From assembly GCA_049840735.1 (NCBI GenBank), contig JASGJN010000004.1:160001-224000 (forward strand): a stretch of 64,000 bases of DNA. Reading direction: 5' to 3'. A program made the translations under genes and the position numbers. Positions 10,167 through 23,164 of this stretch are shown here, in pieces. A model generated the notes under the pieces. That model searched no databases and was not told the DNA's origin. It saw only the letters and a program-made list of their open reading frames with translations. The number at the start of each line of letters is the position of its first letter. Position 1 is the stretch's first letter. Source of the stretch: Anaeromyxobacter sp. (GTDB taxonomy: Bacteria > Myxococcota > Myxococcia > Myxococcales > Anaeromyxobacteraceae).

Positions 10167-10339
10167 AGTTCCCCCTCAGCGCGCCGGTGCACCTCGGCAC
10201 AGAAGGCGTGCACGGTACACATTCAGTGGAGTGGCCGGCGAGTGAAACTCGCTAATAGCCAAAATGCCACAGTGTCGGGCCCGGGACCGCTGGGGAGATC
10301 CCGAGGTCGCGGTAGGGACACCGGCGCTCAGGTCCGAGC

Positions 10340-10409
10340 GGAGATCCCAGCTCAGATCGAATCCGGCGGGGTGAGCGCCGCGGGTCAGGCGCCGGCCGCG
10401 GCGCGGGCG
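10340..10409 (+). repeat. Right copy of the decayed direct repeat bounding the island
   Basis: GGAGATCCCAGCTCAGATCGAATCCGGCGGGGTGAGCGCCGCGGGTCAGGCGCCGGCCGCGGCGCGGGCG. Confidence 0.7.
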
Positions 10410-11563
10410 TCGGGGTCGCCGTCCAGCCCGCGGAGGAGCTCCACCTCGGCGGCCAGGAGCCGGGCCAGCTGCTGGTGGTCTGCCTTCATCGCCTCCAGCG
10501 GCCGGTGCAGCGCAGCGATGCGATCGCTCACCTCCAGCAGCCCGCCCGCGGCCTGGTCCCTCGCCGCCTGGTAACCGGCCAGCCCCGCTTCACCCTCGGT
10601 GATCACCGCCCGGGCCAGCAGCTCGGCGTCGCGCAGCGCGTCGGTCAGGCCGTGGGCGGTGATGGGATCCCGGAAGGCGCCGGCGTCTCCCACCAGCGCC
10701 CAGCCGGGCCCCCAGGCCTGGCGCAGGAAGCCGGGCCGCCCGGTGAAGGGGTGCAGCTTCCCCTCCCGCTGCGCGGCCCCGAGCCGGGCCGCCAGGGCCG
10801 GCGCCGCCTCGGCCAGCGCCTCGCGGTAGAGCGCCTCCAGCCCGTCGGGGAGCGCCGCCCGGAAGCGGGCCGGCGGCACGGCCACGAACAGGCAGGTGCG
10901 CCCCGCGTCGGTGGGGATGGCACCGGCGCTCACACCGGACGCGTAGAACCAGTGGTAGCCCTCCACCGGCAGGCCGGAGAGGTGGGCGTAGAGCACGGCG
11001 GTGGCGTGGTGCCCGGCGCGCTGCACCGCCGCCCCGACCTGCGACGCCACGGTGGAGCCCAGCCCATCGGCGCCGATCACCAGGTGGGCCCGCACCCGGA
11101 GCGGAGCGCCGTCCAGCCCGACCAGCCGCGCGCCCACCACGCGCCCGGCGCCGTCGCGCTCGAGGTTCCGCAGCGCCAGGCCGTGGCGCACCTCGGCGCC
11201 GGCCTCCCGGGCCGCCGACACCAGCAGCGGATCGAGCACGGTCCGGCGCGGCGCGTAGAGCGCCTCCACGCCGTCGCGCGGCTTGATCTGGACCCCCACC
11301 GTCTCGTCTCCGTAGTGGAAGGTGGCGCTCCGCACCGGGGGCGTGCCGGCGGCCACCAGCCGGTCCAGGAGCCCCCAGCGGCGCAACTGGAGCACGCCGC
11401 CGCGCATCAGCGCGTGCGTCAAGAGCGTGTCCTGGCCCTCCTGGCCGCGATCGACCACGGCCACGCGCAGCCCGGCGCGGGCCAGCAGCAGGCCGGTGGC
11501 GGCCCCGGCCGCGCGCGCGCCGACGATCAGGGCGTCGAGGGTGGTGTCGTTCATGGGGTCCAT
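10385..11563 (-). CDS. FAD-dependent oxidoreductase (geranylgeranyl reductase/monooxygenase-like)
   Basis: IVGARAAG dinucleotide-binding motif, VIGADG and LVGDAGAFRDPITAHG. Confidence 0.9.
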   Translation of the reverse strand: MDPMNDTTLDALIVGARAAGAATGLLLARAGLRVAVVDRGQEGQDTLLTHALMRGGVLQLRRWGLLDRLVAAGTPPVRSATFHYGDETVGVQIKPRDGVEALYAPRRTVLDPLLVSAAREAGAEVRHGLALRNLERDGAGRVVGARLVGLDGAPLRVRAHLVIGADGLGSTVASQVGAAVQRAGHHATAVLYAHLSGLPVEGYHWFYASGVSAGAIPTDAGRTCLFVAVPPARFRAALPDGLEALYREALAEAAPALAARLGAAQREGKLHPFTGRPGFLRQAWGPGWALVGDAGAFRDPITAHGLTDALRDAELLARAVITEGEAGLAGYQAARDQAAGGLLEVSDRIAALHRPLEAMKADHQQLARLLAAEVELLRGLDGDPDARAAAGA

Positions 11564-11575
11564 GGCGTCCTCCGG

Positions 11576-12810
11576 TCAGGCAGCGCGGCGCGCCTGCAGG
11601 CGCCCGGCCAGGTGGTCGACCAGGTCGCGCGCGTCGGCGCCGACCCCGTCGAGGAAGGTGGAGTTGCGGCGGCGCAGGAACGGCAGCCCCAGCACGTAGA
11701 GGCCGGGGGCGGGCGTGACGCCGCCCTCGTGGATCAGCTCGCCGCGCGCGTCGAGCACCGGTGCGTGGAGCCAGGGGTAGCTGCGGCGGTAGCCGGTGGC
11801 CCAGAGCACGGTCCGGATCCCCTCGGCCGCCAGGTCGAGGCGGGCGGGTGTCCGCACCGGCTGGACGGGCGGCCGGCGCTCCGGCGAGGCGGCCGCGAGC
11901 CTCTCGCGCTCCGCGAAGTCGTCGATGCGCGCCAGCACCCGCTCCAGCCGCCGCTCGGCGTCGGCCACGCTGGCCAGGAGATCGTCCGCCAGCGCCAGCC
12001 GGCCGCCGTCCACCCCCGCCAGCCGCCCGGTGAGCCGGATCCCCATGGCCTGCAGCGCCGCCAGGTCCAGCGTGCGGTGGTCGGGGCGGCCCACCAGCTG
12101 CGCCGAGGGCTGGGCGCGGGCCGCGGCCAGGTCGGGGACCGCCGCGGCCGGCTCGGTGAGCAGGCCGGCCCGGTCCATCCACCAGAGCACGTCGTGCCCG
12201 CGGTAGCGCCGCGGCAGCCGCGTGTGGCGCCCCACCGCCAGCGTGACCGGCCGGCCGGACGCGTGCAGCTCCGCCGCCAGCTGCACGCCGGTGGCGCCGG
12301 CGCCCACCACCAGCACGCCGCCCGGCGGCAGCGACCCGGGGTGGCGGTACTCGGTGGGGACCACCTGGAGCAGGCCGGGCGGGAGGGCCGCCGCGGCCGC
12401 CGGCACGCGGGCGTGGTGGGCGTGGCCGGTGGCGACCACCACGGCCAGCGCCCGCCAGCCGCCGGCGTCGGTTCCACCCTCCAGCCGCCACCGCCCGGCG
12501 CGACCCGGGTGACGGTGACGCCCTGGTGCACCGGCGCCCCGAAGGCGCGGGCGTAGCCCTCCAGGTAACGGACCACCTCCGCGCGCGACATGTAGCCGTC
12601 GGGATCCGGCCCGCGCCAGCTCCAGCCCGGGAGGCGCGACTGCCAGCGCGGGGTGAGGAGCCGGAGCGAGTCCCACCGCTCCGAGCGCCAGCGCTCGCCC
12701 ACGAACCCGCGCTCCAGCACCACGTGCTCGATGCCGCGTCCGCCCAGCAGGTTGCTGGTGGCCAGGCCGGCCTGCCCGCCCCCGATCACCACCACGTCCG
12801 TCCGTCGCAT
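11576..12810 (-). CDS. Flavin-containing monooxygenase-like NAD(P)/FAD oxidoreductase (one frameshift near 12473)
   Basis: VIGGGQAGL, RWDSLRLLTP, VVVATG, LVVGAGATG and VLWATGY motifs. Confidence 0.9.
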
Positions 12811-12966
12811 GTTCTGCCTCCACAGGGGCCTCGGACCTCAGGCTTCGGGCCTCAGGCTCGGGGCGCCAGCGCTTCTTCACCGCGTCCTCGTCCTTGCGTC
12901 CTGCGCCGGCCGCGCGACGCGCGGGGCCGACCCCATCCGGCGGCCGGCCCCGCGCCGCGGCCGCGT

Positions 12967-13584
12967 TCACCCCGCGTCCACCGCGATCATCACCGGCACG
13001 CCGCGGGTGAGGACGTCGTAGACGGCCGACCGCGCCCGCGACTGGTCGACGATGGCGCGCAGCACCTCCGGCGAGGCGTCGCCCTTGATGCGGAAGCTGA
13101 CCCGGAGCTGCTCGTAGCCGTTCCGCACCTCCGTCGACTGGCCGAAGATGCCGCGCAGGTCGATGTCCCCCTCCACGGTGGACTCCACCTCGTAGAGCGT
13201 CACCCCGCGCGCGGCGGCGATGTTGCCCACGCCGGAGGTGATGCAGGCGGCCAGCGCGTGGAGCAGGAACTCCACCGGCGTGGGGCCGTGGTCGCGCCCC
13301 ACCAGCACCGCCGGGTGGTCGGCGTCGAAGGTGAAGGCGCGCTGGTGACGCTGCGGTCCGCCGGCGCCCTCGAAGGTCTCGAGGGTGGAGCGGCTGTGGG
13401 TCCCCTGCTGCCAGTGGTTCACGGCGCGGAAGCGGAAGCGCGCCAGCTGGGGCTGGGCCTTGACCGCGTCCAGCGTGGCGAAGAGCGTGGGCGTGTCGAC
13501 GCCGTTCATGGGCCGCACCTGGCGGGCGGGCTTCATGGAGGCGGCGGTCGGGGTCTGCATCTCGGTGTTCAGCTCGGTCTGCAT
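12967..13584 (-). CDS. OsmC-family protein
   Basis: NGVDTPTL, DADHPAVLVGRDHGPTPVEFLLHALAAC and VEGDIDLRG; GGAG RBS. Confidence 0.9.
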   Translation of the reverse strand: MQTELNTEMQTPTAASMKPARQVRPMNGVDTPTLFATLDAVKAQPQLARFRFRAVNHWQQGTHSRSTLETFEGAGGPQRHQRAFTFDADHPAVLVGRDHGPTPVEFLLHALAACITSGVGNIAAARGVTLYEVESTVEGDIDLRGIFGQSTEVRNGYEQLRVSFRIKGDASPEVLRAIVDQSRARSAVYDVLTRGVPVMIAVDAG

Positions 13585-13645
13585 CTCGGCTCCCTGTCCC
13601 GGCGTCCGGTCGTCGGCCGCGTCTCGTGGGACGGGGAGGGACATC

Positions 13646-13660
13646 GCACCGTGCGTGCCA
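13646..13660 (-). promoter_or_regulatory. Sigma54 -24/-12 promoter for the OsmC operon
   Basis: TGGCACGCACGGTGC on the minus strand (GG-N10-GC), about 60 bp upstream of the OsmC start and divergent from an enhancer-binding protein gene. Confidence 0.75.
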
Positions 13661-13794
13661 GCCGCGCCGGGCCAGGCCGGGCGCGTGTTTCCGGCCGGTT
13701 CGCGCCGCCGGGTCCCCTGGCGGGCCGCGACGAGGATTGGGCGGCGACGGGATTTCGCCGCGGGTAACGACGAGATTCGACCGGAGGGCGCGCC

Positions 13795-15738
13795 ATGGAC
13801 GGGATCGCGACGGGAGGGCGCCGCGTGGACGAGGGCGCCGCGCTGCGCGCGGTGGTCGAGGGCACGGCCGCGGAGACCGGGACGGCCTTCTACCGGGCGC
13901 TGGTCCGCAACCTCGCCAGCTCGCTCGGCACGGCCGGCGCCTGGCTGACGGAGCTCGACGAGACGGGACAGCGGCTGCGCGCCGTCGCGTTCTGGTGCGG
14001 CGACCGGTTCGTCGAGGGGCACGAGTACGCGGTGGCCGGGACGCCGTGCCAGCAGGTGATCGATCGCCGGGGGATGGTGCTGGTGGGCAGCGATCTCGGC
14101 CCGGGCCGCGGTGCGCCGCCCGGCATCCCGGAGATGGTCAGCTACCTCGGCGTCCCGCTCATGGCGGGGGATGGCCGCATCCTCGGGCTGCTCTCGGTGG
14201 TGGACTTGGCCCCCATCGCGCCGGAGGAGCGGCTGCTGACGCTCTTCCGGCTCTTCGCCACCCGCGCGGTGGCCGAGATGCGCCGCGAGGCGCTGGAGCG
14301 CGAGCTGCGCGATCGGCAGGAGAAGCTGGCGCTCCTCATCGGGAGCGCCCTCGACGCCATCGTGGAGCTGGACGAGCGGCTGGAGATCACCCTGGTGAAC
14401 GCCGCCGCCGAGACGCTGTTCGGGGTGCGGGCCGACGCCGTGCGAGGCCTGCCGGTGGCCGCACTGCTGGGCGAGCGCTCGGCGGCCCGGCTGGCAGCCC
14501 TGCGGAGCGGGCTGGAGGCGGACCGGGCCCGGCAGCTCTGGATCCCCGACGGCCTGGTGGCCGAGCCGGCCGGGCGGCGGCCGTTCCCGGCCGAGGCCAC
14601 GCTCTCCCGCTACGAGGTGCGCGGCCGCCCCTACCACACGCTCATCCTGCGCAACGTGGACGAGCGGCTGGAGGCCGAGCGGCGCATCCGGGCCCTCACC
14701 GCCACCGCCGACGACCTGCGCGACGCGCTGGCCGAGGGGCACGGCTTCGACGACATCGTCGGCCGCAGCGAGGCGCTGCGCGAGGCGCTGCGGGGCGTGA
14801 TCCAGGTCGCGCCCACCGACGCCACCGTGCTCGTCACGGGCGAGACCGGGACCGGCAAGGAGCTGTTCGCGCGCGCGCTCCACGAGCGGAGCGGCCGGCG
14901 CGAGGGGCCGCTGGTGAAGGTGAACTGCGCGGCGGTGCCCGCCGCGCTGATGGAGAGCGAGTTCTTCGGGCACGAGCGCGGCGCGTTCACCGGGGCCACC
15001 CAGCGGCGCGAGGGGCGGTTCGCCCTGGCGGACGGCGGGACCATCTTCCTCGACGAGATTGGCGAGCTGCCGGTGGAGCTGCAGGGGAAGCTGCTCCGCG
15101 TGCTGCAGGAGGGCGAGTTCGAGCCGGTCGGCTCCTCGCGCACGCGGCGGGTGGACGTGCGGGTGGTGGCGGCCACGAACCGCGACCTCGAGGCCGACGT
15201 GCGCGCCGGCACCTTCCGCGAGGACCTCTTCTACCGGCTGAGCGTGTTCCCGCTGCGCCTGCCGCCGCTGCGCGAGCGCGGCGACGACGCGGTCCTGCTG
15301 GCCGAGACGCTGGCCCGGCGGCTGGCGCGATCGATGGGCAAGGTGGTGGCGCCGCCCGGCGCCGCCGACGCGGCCGCGCTGCGCGCCTACCCCTGGCCCG
15401 GGAACGTCAGGGAGCTGCGCAACGTGATCGAGCGGGCGCTGATCCTCTCCGTGGACGGGCGGCTGCACCTCGACCGGATCCTGCCGGCCCCCTCGCCCGC
15501 GGCCGAGCCGCCGGCGGCCGCCCCGGCGGAGGGCAGCCGGACCATCCTGACCGACGGCCAGCTTCGGGCGCTGGAGCGGGAGAACACTCGCGCGGCGCTG
15601 GAGCGCTGCGGCTGGCGGGTGGGCGGCGAGGGCGGCGCGGCCGAGCTGCTCGGGCTCAGCCCCTCCACGCTCAAGTCGCGGCTGCGGGGGCTGGGGCTGC
15701 AGCGCGGGGTCGGGGGCGCGGACGCCGCGGCGCCCTGA
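13795..15738 (+). CDS. Sigma54-dependent enhancer-binding protein with GAF and PAS input domains
   Basis: [22 protein letters not shown] and WPGNVREL motifs plus a C-terminal Fis-type HTH. Confidence 0.95.
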   Translation: MDGIATGGRRVDEGAALRAVVEGTAAETGTAFYRALVRNLASSLGTAGAWLTELDETGQRLRAVAFWCGDRFVEGHEYAVAGTPCQQVIDRRGMVLVGSDLGPGRGAPPGIPEMVSYLGVPLMAGDGRILGLLSVVDLAPIAPEERLLTLFRLFATRAVAEMRREALERELRDRQEKLALLIGSALDAIVELDERLEITLVNAAAETLFGVRADAVRGLPVAALLGERSAARLAALRSGLEADRARQLWIPDGLVAEPAGRRPFPAEATLSRYEVRGRPYHTLILRNVDERLEAERRIRALTATADDLRDALAEGHGFDDIVGRSEALREALRGVIQVAPTDATVLVTGETGTGKELFARALHERSGRREGPLVKVNCAAVPAALMESEFFGHERGAFTGATQRREGRFALADGGTIFLDEIGELPVELQGKLLRVLQEGEFEPVGSSRTRRVDVRVVAATNRDLEADVRAGTFREDLFYRLSVFPLRLPPLRERGDDAVLLAETLARRLARSMGKVVAPPGAADAAALRAYPWPGNVRELRNVIERALILSVDGRLHLDRILPAPSPAAEPPAAAPAEGSRTILTDGQLRALERENTRAALERCGWRVGGEGGAAELLGLSPSTLKSRLRGLGLQRGVGGADAAAP

Positions 15739-15749
15739 CAATCCCCGGG

Positions 15750-16171
15750 CTTCGACTCCGCTCGCCCTGCGGGCTCGCTACGCTCAGCCCGAACGGTCCG
15801 AAGGTCCCGTTCGCCCTCGCTACGCTTTCGCCACGCCCAGCCCGCACGGTCCGAAGGCCCCGTTCGCCCTCGCTACGCTCAGCCCGCACGGTCCGAAGGC
15901 CCCGTTCGCCCTCGCTACGCTCAGCCCGCACGGTTCGAAGGTCCCGTTCGCCCTCGCTACGCTCAGCCCGCCACGGTCCGAAGGTCCCGTTTGCCCTCCG
16001 CCACGCTCAGCCCGCACGGTCCGAAGGTCCCGTTTGCCCTCGCCACGCTCAGCCCGCTCGGTCCGAAGGTCCCGTTCGCCCTCGCTACGCTTTCGCCACG
16101 CCCAGCCCGCACGGTCCGAAGGTCCCGTTCGCCCTGAGCGTAGCCGCGGCAAAGCCGCGGCGGAGTCGAAG
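15750..16171. repeat. Inverted REP pair enclosing about eight tandem 42-bp units
   Basis: Unit TCGCTACGCTCAGCCCGCACGGTCCGAAGGTCCCGTTCGCCC; flanks CTTCGACTCCG...CTACGCTCAG and CTGAGCGTAG...CGGAGTCGAAG. Confidence 0.9.
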
Positions 16172-16179
16172 GGCAGGGC

Positions 16180-17868
<1,689 letters not shown>

Positions 17869-17879
17869 GCTCCCTCCGG

Positions 17880-18377
17880 CTACCGCATCGCCCCGTGCCC
17901 CACCCCGCGGTGGCACTGGACGCAGCGGATGGCGTTGGCCTCCCAGGTGCTGCCGCGCACGATCTCGTGCACGAACTCGCCGTGGCAGCGGAGGCAGTTG
18001 TCCTGCAGGATCTGGCTGTTCGTCTCCTTGATGCGGATCGGCTCCTCGAAGACCTGCTTCGCGCCCGGCGCGTCGGGGCGCGGAGGCTGGAAGGTGAAGC
18101 CCATCGAGTGGTGGTAGCCGTTGCGCGCCTTGGCGAGGTACTTGGCCGGGAAGTGCGGCGGCACGTGGCAGTCGTTGCAGGTGGCCACCGCGTGGTGCGG
18201 CCCCTTCCGCCAGGCGTCGAACTGCTCGTTCATGATGTGGCAGTTCTTGCAGGCCGCCGGGTCGTTCGACAGGTAGGCCAGGCCGGACGCGTAGGAGAAG
18301 GTGGTGGCGCCCACGCCCATCAGGCCGCCCGCCAGCGCGGCCAGGATGATCCACCGCTTCGACCAGCCTGCCGCCAC
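17880..18377 (-). CDS. nrfH: Cytochrome c nitrite reductase small subunit (NapC/NirT family)
   Basis: N-terminal TM helix; YLSNDPAACKNCHIM, CNDCH, CLRCH and CVQCH; GTG start with GGAGG RBS. Confidence 0.95.
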   Translation of the reverse strand: MAAGWSKRWIILAALAGGLMGVGATTFSYASGLAYLSNDPAACKNCHIMNEQFDAWRKGPHHAVATCNDCHVPPHFPAKYLAKARNGYHHSMGFTFQPPRPDAPGAKQVFEEPIRIKETNSQILQDNCLRCHGEFVHEIVRGSTWEANAIRCVQCHRGVGHGAMR

Positions 18378-18567
18378 GCGCCGCCTCCGCCGGGCCCACC
18401 GGGCGACGGTGGGCTCGGTGCCCTGGCCGGCGCCCGCCCCGCGCGCTGCGCCAGGGAGGTGGGCGGGACGCCGGCCGCCGCGGAGTCTCGCCCGCCTGGC
18501 CTGCCGCGGTGAGGGGCCCAGAGAGGGCCGGCTCCACACAGGGGCCCGGGCGAGCAGGCCAGCGGCC

Positions 18568-19341
18568 TCAGCCCGGCGCGTCGGCCGCCAGCACCCGCAC
18601 GCCGGCCGCGTCGGCCACGCGCGCCATCGCGGGCGGGAGCGGCGCGTCGGTGAAGAACCGGTCCACCTCGGAGAGGTGGCCCAGCCGCACCATGGCACCG
18701 CGCGTGAACTTGGAGCGATCCGCCACCAGCCAGACCTCGCGCGCCTGCTCGATGATGGCCTGCGCCACCCGCACCTCGCGGTAGTCGAAGTCGAGCAGCG
18801 TCCCGTCCGGCTCGATGCTGGAGACCCCGATCACGCCCACGTCCACCTTGAACTGGCGGATGAAGTCGAGCGTCGCCTCGCCCACCACGCCGCGATCCCG
18901 GCTGCGGACCAGCCCGCCGGCGATGAAGACCTCGGCGTGCTCGTTGGGCGCCAGGATCGACGCGACGTTCAGGTTGTTGGTGACCACGCGGATGCCGCGG
19001 TGATGCGCCAGCGCCCGCGCCACCTCCTCGGTGGTGGTGCCGATGTTGATGATCAGCGAGCGGCCGGGCTCCACCTGCCGTGCCACCAGCCGCCCGATGC
19101 GCCGCTTGGCCTCGACGTTCATGACCTGCCGCTGCGCGTAGTCGATGTTCTGGACGGTCGAGGGCAGCCCGACGCCGCCGTGGTAGCGCGCGAGCAGGTT
19201 CGCCTTCTCCAGCGCCCGCAGGTCGCGCCGGACCGTCTGCGTGGTCACCTGGAGCAGCCTGGCCAGATCCGAGACCGAGGTGTCGCCGTTCTGCCGGAGG
19301 AAATCGAGGAGTTGACGCTGTCGGGGGGTGGCCGTCATCAT
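18568..19341 (-). CDS. glpR: DeoR/GlpR-family repressor
   Basis: VTTQTVRRDL HTH, RYHGG, INIGTT and GTLLDFDYREV; divergent from glpD. Confidence 0.9.
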   Translation of the reverse strand: MMTATPRQRQLLDFLRQNGDTSVSDLARLLQVTTQTVRRDLRALEKANLLARYHGGVGLPSTVQNIDYAQRQVMNVEAKRRIGRLVARQVEPGRSLIINIGTTTEEVARALAHHRGIRVVTNNLNVASILAPNEHAEVFIAGGLVRSRDRGVVGEATLDFIRQFKVDVGVIGVSSIEPDGTLLDFDYREVRVAQAIIEQAREVWLVADRSKFTRGAMVRLGHLSEVDRFFTDAPLPPAMARVADAAGVRVLAADAPG

Positions 19342-19367
19342 GAACCCAAATGAACCCAAATGAACAC
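19341..19367. promoter_or_regulatory. 10-bp tandem direct repeat, candidate GlpR operator
   Basis: TGAACCCAAA TGAACCCAAA TGAACAC abuts the glpR start in the glpR/glpD intergenic region. Confidence 0.45.
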
Positions 19368-19495
19368 GAGGCGTTCCAGAACGAGCCGCATCATAGTGCG
19401 CCCGTGGCGCACATCAACCACCCGGCGCGTCTGCGCGATCCCGGCCGGACGGTTGCCCCGCGGAGGATCGCGACTGGCCTGGAGCGGGTCCTCCC

Positions 19496-21133
19496 ATGAA
19501 CGACCGCGGTTCACCTGCGCTCCGGCAGACCTGCCTGGACAGGCTCGGCACCACCCCGCTCGACGTGCTCGTGGTGGGCGGCGGCATCAACGGCGCCGTG
19601 TCCGCGGCCGCGCTGGCCGCGCGCGGGGCGCAGGTCGGCCTCATCGATCGCGCCGACTTCGGCTGCGCCACGTCGCAGGAGTCCTCCAACCTGGTCTGGG
19701 GCGGCATCAAGTACCTCGAGACCTTCGAGTTCGGGCTGGTCTTCAAGCTCTGCCGGGCCCGGAACGAGCTCCTGCGCTCCTACCCCACCTCCGTGCGCGA
19801 GATCCGCTTCTACACCGCCCACCCGCGCGCCTTCCGCCACGGGCGCTGGAAGCTCGTGGCCGGCACGCTGCTGTACTGGGCGCTGGGCAACTTCTTCACC
19901 CGCCCGCCCCGCCCCCTCTCGCGCCGCACCATGGCGCGGGAGCAGCCCGCCATCGCGCTGGACGAGCTGGACGGCGGCTTCGAGTACTCCGACGCCTGGC
20001 TGCCCGACAGCGACGCGCGGTTCGTGTGGACCTTCGTGCGCAGCGCGCTCGACCACGGCTGCGCCGCCGCGAACTACGTCGAGGCGCTCGGCTCGCGGCG
20101 CGAGGGCGACGGCTGGGTCACGCGGGTCCGCGACGGCGTGACCGGGCGCGAGCTGGACGTCCGCTCGCGCGCGGTGGTCAACGCCTGCGGCCCCTGGGCC
20201 GACCGGCAGAACGGCGCGAACGGCGTGCGCACGACCCACCGCCACGTGCTCTCGAAGGGCATCCACCTGCTGGTGGACCGCATCGCCCCGCCCGATCGCG
20301 TCCTCACCTTCTTCGCCGACGACGGGCGCTTCTTCTTCGCCATCCCCATGGGCTCGCGGACCTGCATCGGCACCACCGACACGCCGGTGGAGCAGGCCGA
20401 GGTGGGCGTCACGCCAGAGGACCGGCGCTTCGTCCTCGACAACATCAACAAGCGCCTGCGGCTGCCGCGCCCGCTCGAGGAGAAGGACATCGTGGCCGAG
20501 CGCTGCGGGGTGCGGCCGCTGGTGATCGAGGGGGACGACGCCACCCGCGAGTGGATGCAGCTCTCCCGCAAGCACGCGATCGAAACCGACGTGGCCGCGC
20601 GCCACGTGACCATCTTCGGCGGGAAGCTCACCGACTGCCTGAACGTGGGCGAGGAGATCTGCGCGGAGGTGACGGGGCTCGGCATCGCGCTCCCGCACGC
20701 CGGCCGGCGCTGGTGGGGTGAGCCGCCGGCGGCGCTGCGCGAGGCCTTCCTCCACCAGGCGCGGCTCATGGGGCTCGACGCCCGCCCGCCCGGCGGGGAC
20801 GAGCCGCCCGCCGCGCGGCTCTGGCGCCGCCACGGCGCCGAGGCGCTGGCCATGCTCGAGGCCGCCCGGCGCGATCCCCGCCAGGCGGAGGAGCTGGTCC
20901 CGGGGTCGGGGTTCCTGCGCTGCGAGCTCGAGGCCACCGCGCGCCGCGAGATGGTGGTGCGGCTCGACGACTTCCTGCGGCGCCGGACCCAGCTCGCGCA
21001 GGTGGTGCACCGCGACGCCCTGCGGCGCGCGCCCGGCGTGGCCGAGGCGGCCCGGGAGCTGTTCGGACCGGACGCCGAGCAGCGGCTGACCGAGTACTTC
21101 GAGGAGGCGCTCGCCCCTTCGGCCACGGCCTGA
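19496..21133 (+). CDS. glpD: Glycerol-3-phosphate dehydrogenase (FAD)
   Basis: VVGGGING, TSQESSNLVWGGIKYL, SKGIHL, IGTTD, GVRPL and GGKLT. Confidence 0.9.
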   Translation: MNDRGSPALRQTCLDRLGTTPLDVLVVGGGINGAVSAAALAARGAQVGLIDRADFGCATSQESSNLVWGGIKYLETFEFGLVFKLCRARNELLRSYPTSVREIRFYTAHPRAFRHGRWKLVAGTLLYWALGNFFTRPPRPLSRRTMAREQPAIALDELDGGFEYSDAWLPDSDARFVWTFVRSALDHGCAAANYVEALGSRREGDGWVTRVRDGVTGRELDVRSRAVVNACGPWADRQNGANGVRTTHRHVLSKGIHLLVDRIAPPDRVLTFFADDGRFFFAIPMGSRTCIGTTDTPVEQAEVGVTPEDRRFVLDNINKRLRLPRPLEEKDIVAERCGVRPLVIEGDDATREWMQLSRKHAIETDVAARHVTIFGGKLTDCLNVGEEICAEVTGLGIALPHAGRRWWGEPPAALREAFLHQARLMGLDARPPGGDEPPAARLWRRHGAEALAMLEAARRDPRQAEELVPGSGFLRCELEATARREMVVRLDDFLRRRTQLAQVVHRDALRRAPGVAEAARELFGPDAEQRLTEYFEEALAPSATA

Positions 21134-21312
21134 CGCCCGGCCCAGCGCGTCACCTTTTCCCGAATAACCCTGGATGCTTAACCCTTTGGTAGCTGCCTCT
21201 CGGCCTTGATGGGGGAACCGAAACGAAAAGAAAGGAACTCGTCGAGTTTTGCAGTATGAGCGAACGCCGGACTGCGACGATGTGGCTCAGTCTCTTACCC
21301 AGGGGAGCGACC

Positions 21313-23059
<1,747 letters not shown>

Positions 23060-23164
23060 GGTACCGGGGTGGGGCCGGCGTCCGCGCGCCGGCCCCGCTC
23101 CACGCTGGTCCGGTCCGCCGGCGATGGCTCCCTCCCCTCCTCGTCCCGCACCAGGTGCCGCCCG

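Noticed and set aside
12828..12862. Short CCTCAGG/CTTCGGG heptamer repeats between OsmC and the FMO gene
   Set aside because: Too short and degenerate to assign a function.
15775..16135. CRISPR-like periodic array
   Set aside because: The units are contiguous near-identical 42-mers with no unique spacers, no cas genes are nearby, and the array derives from REP ends.
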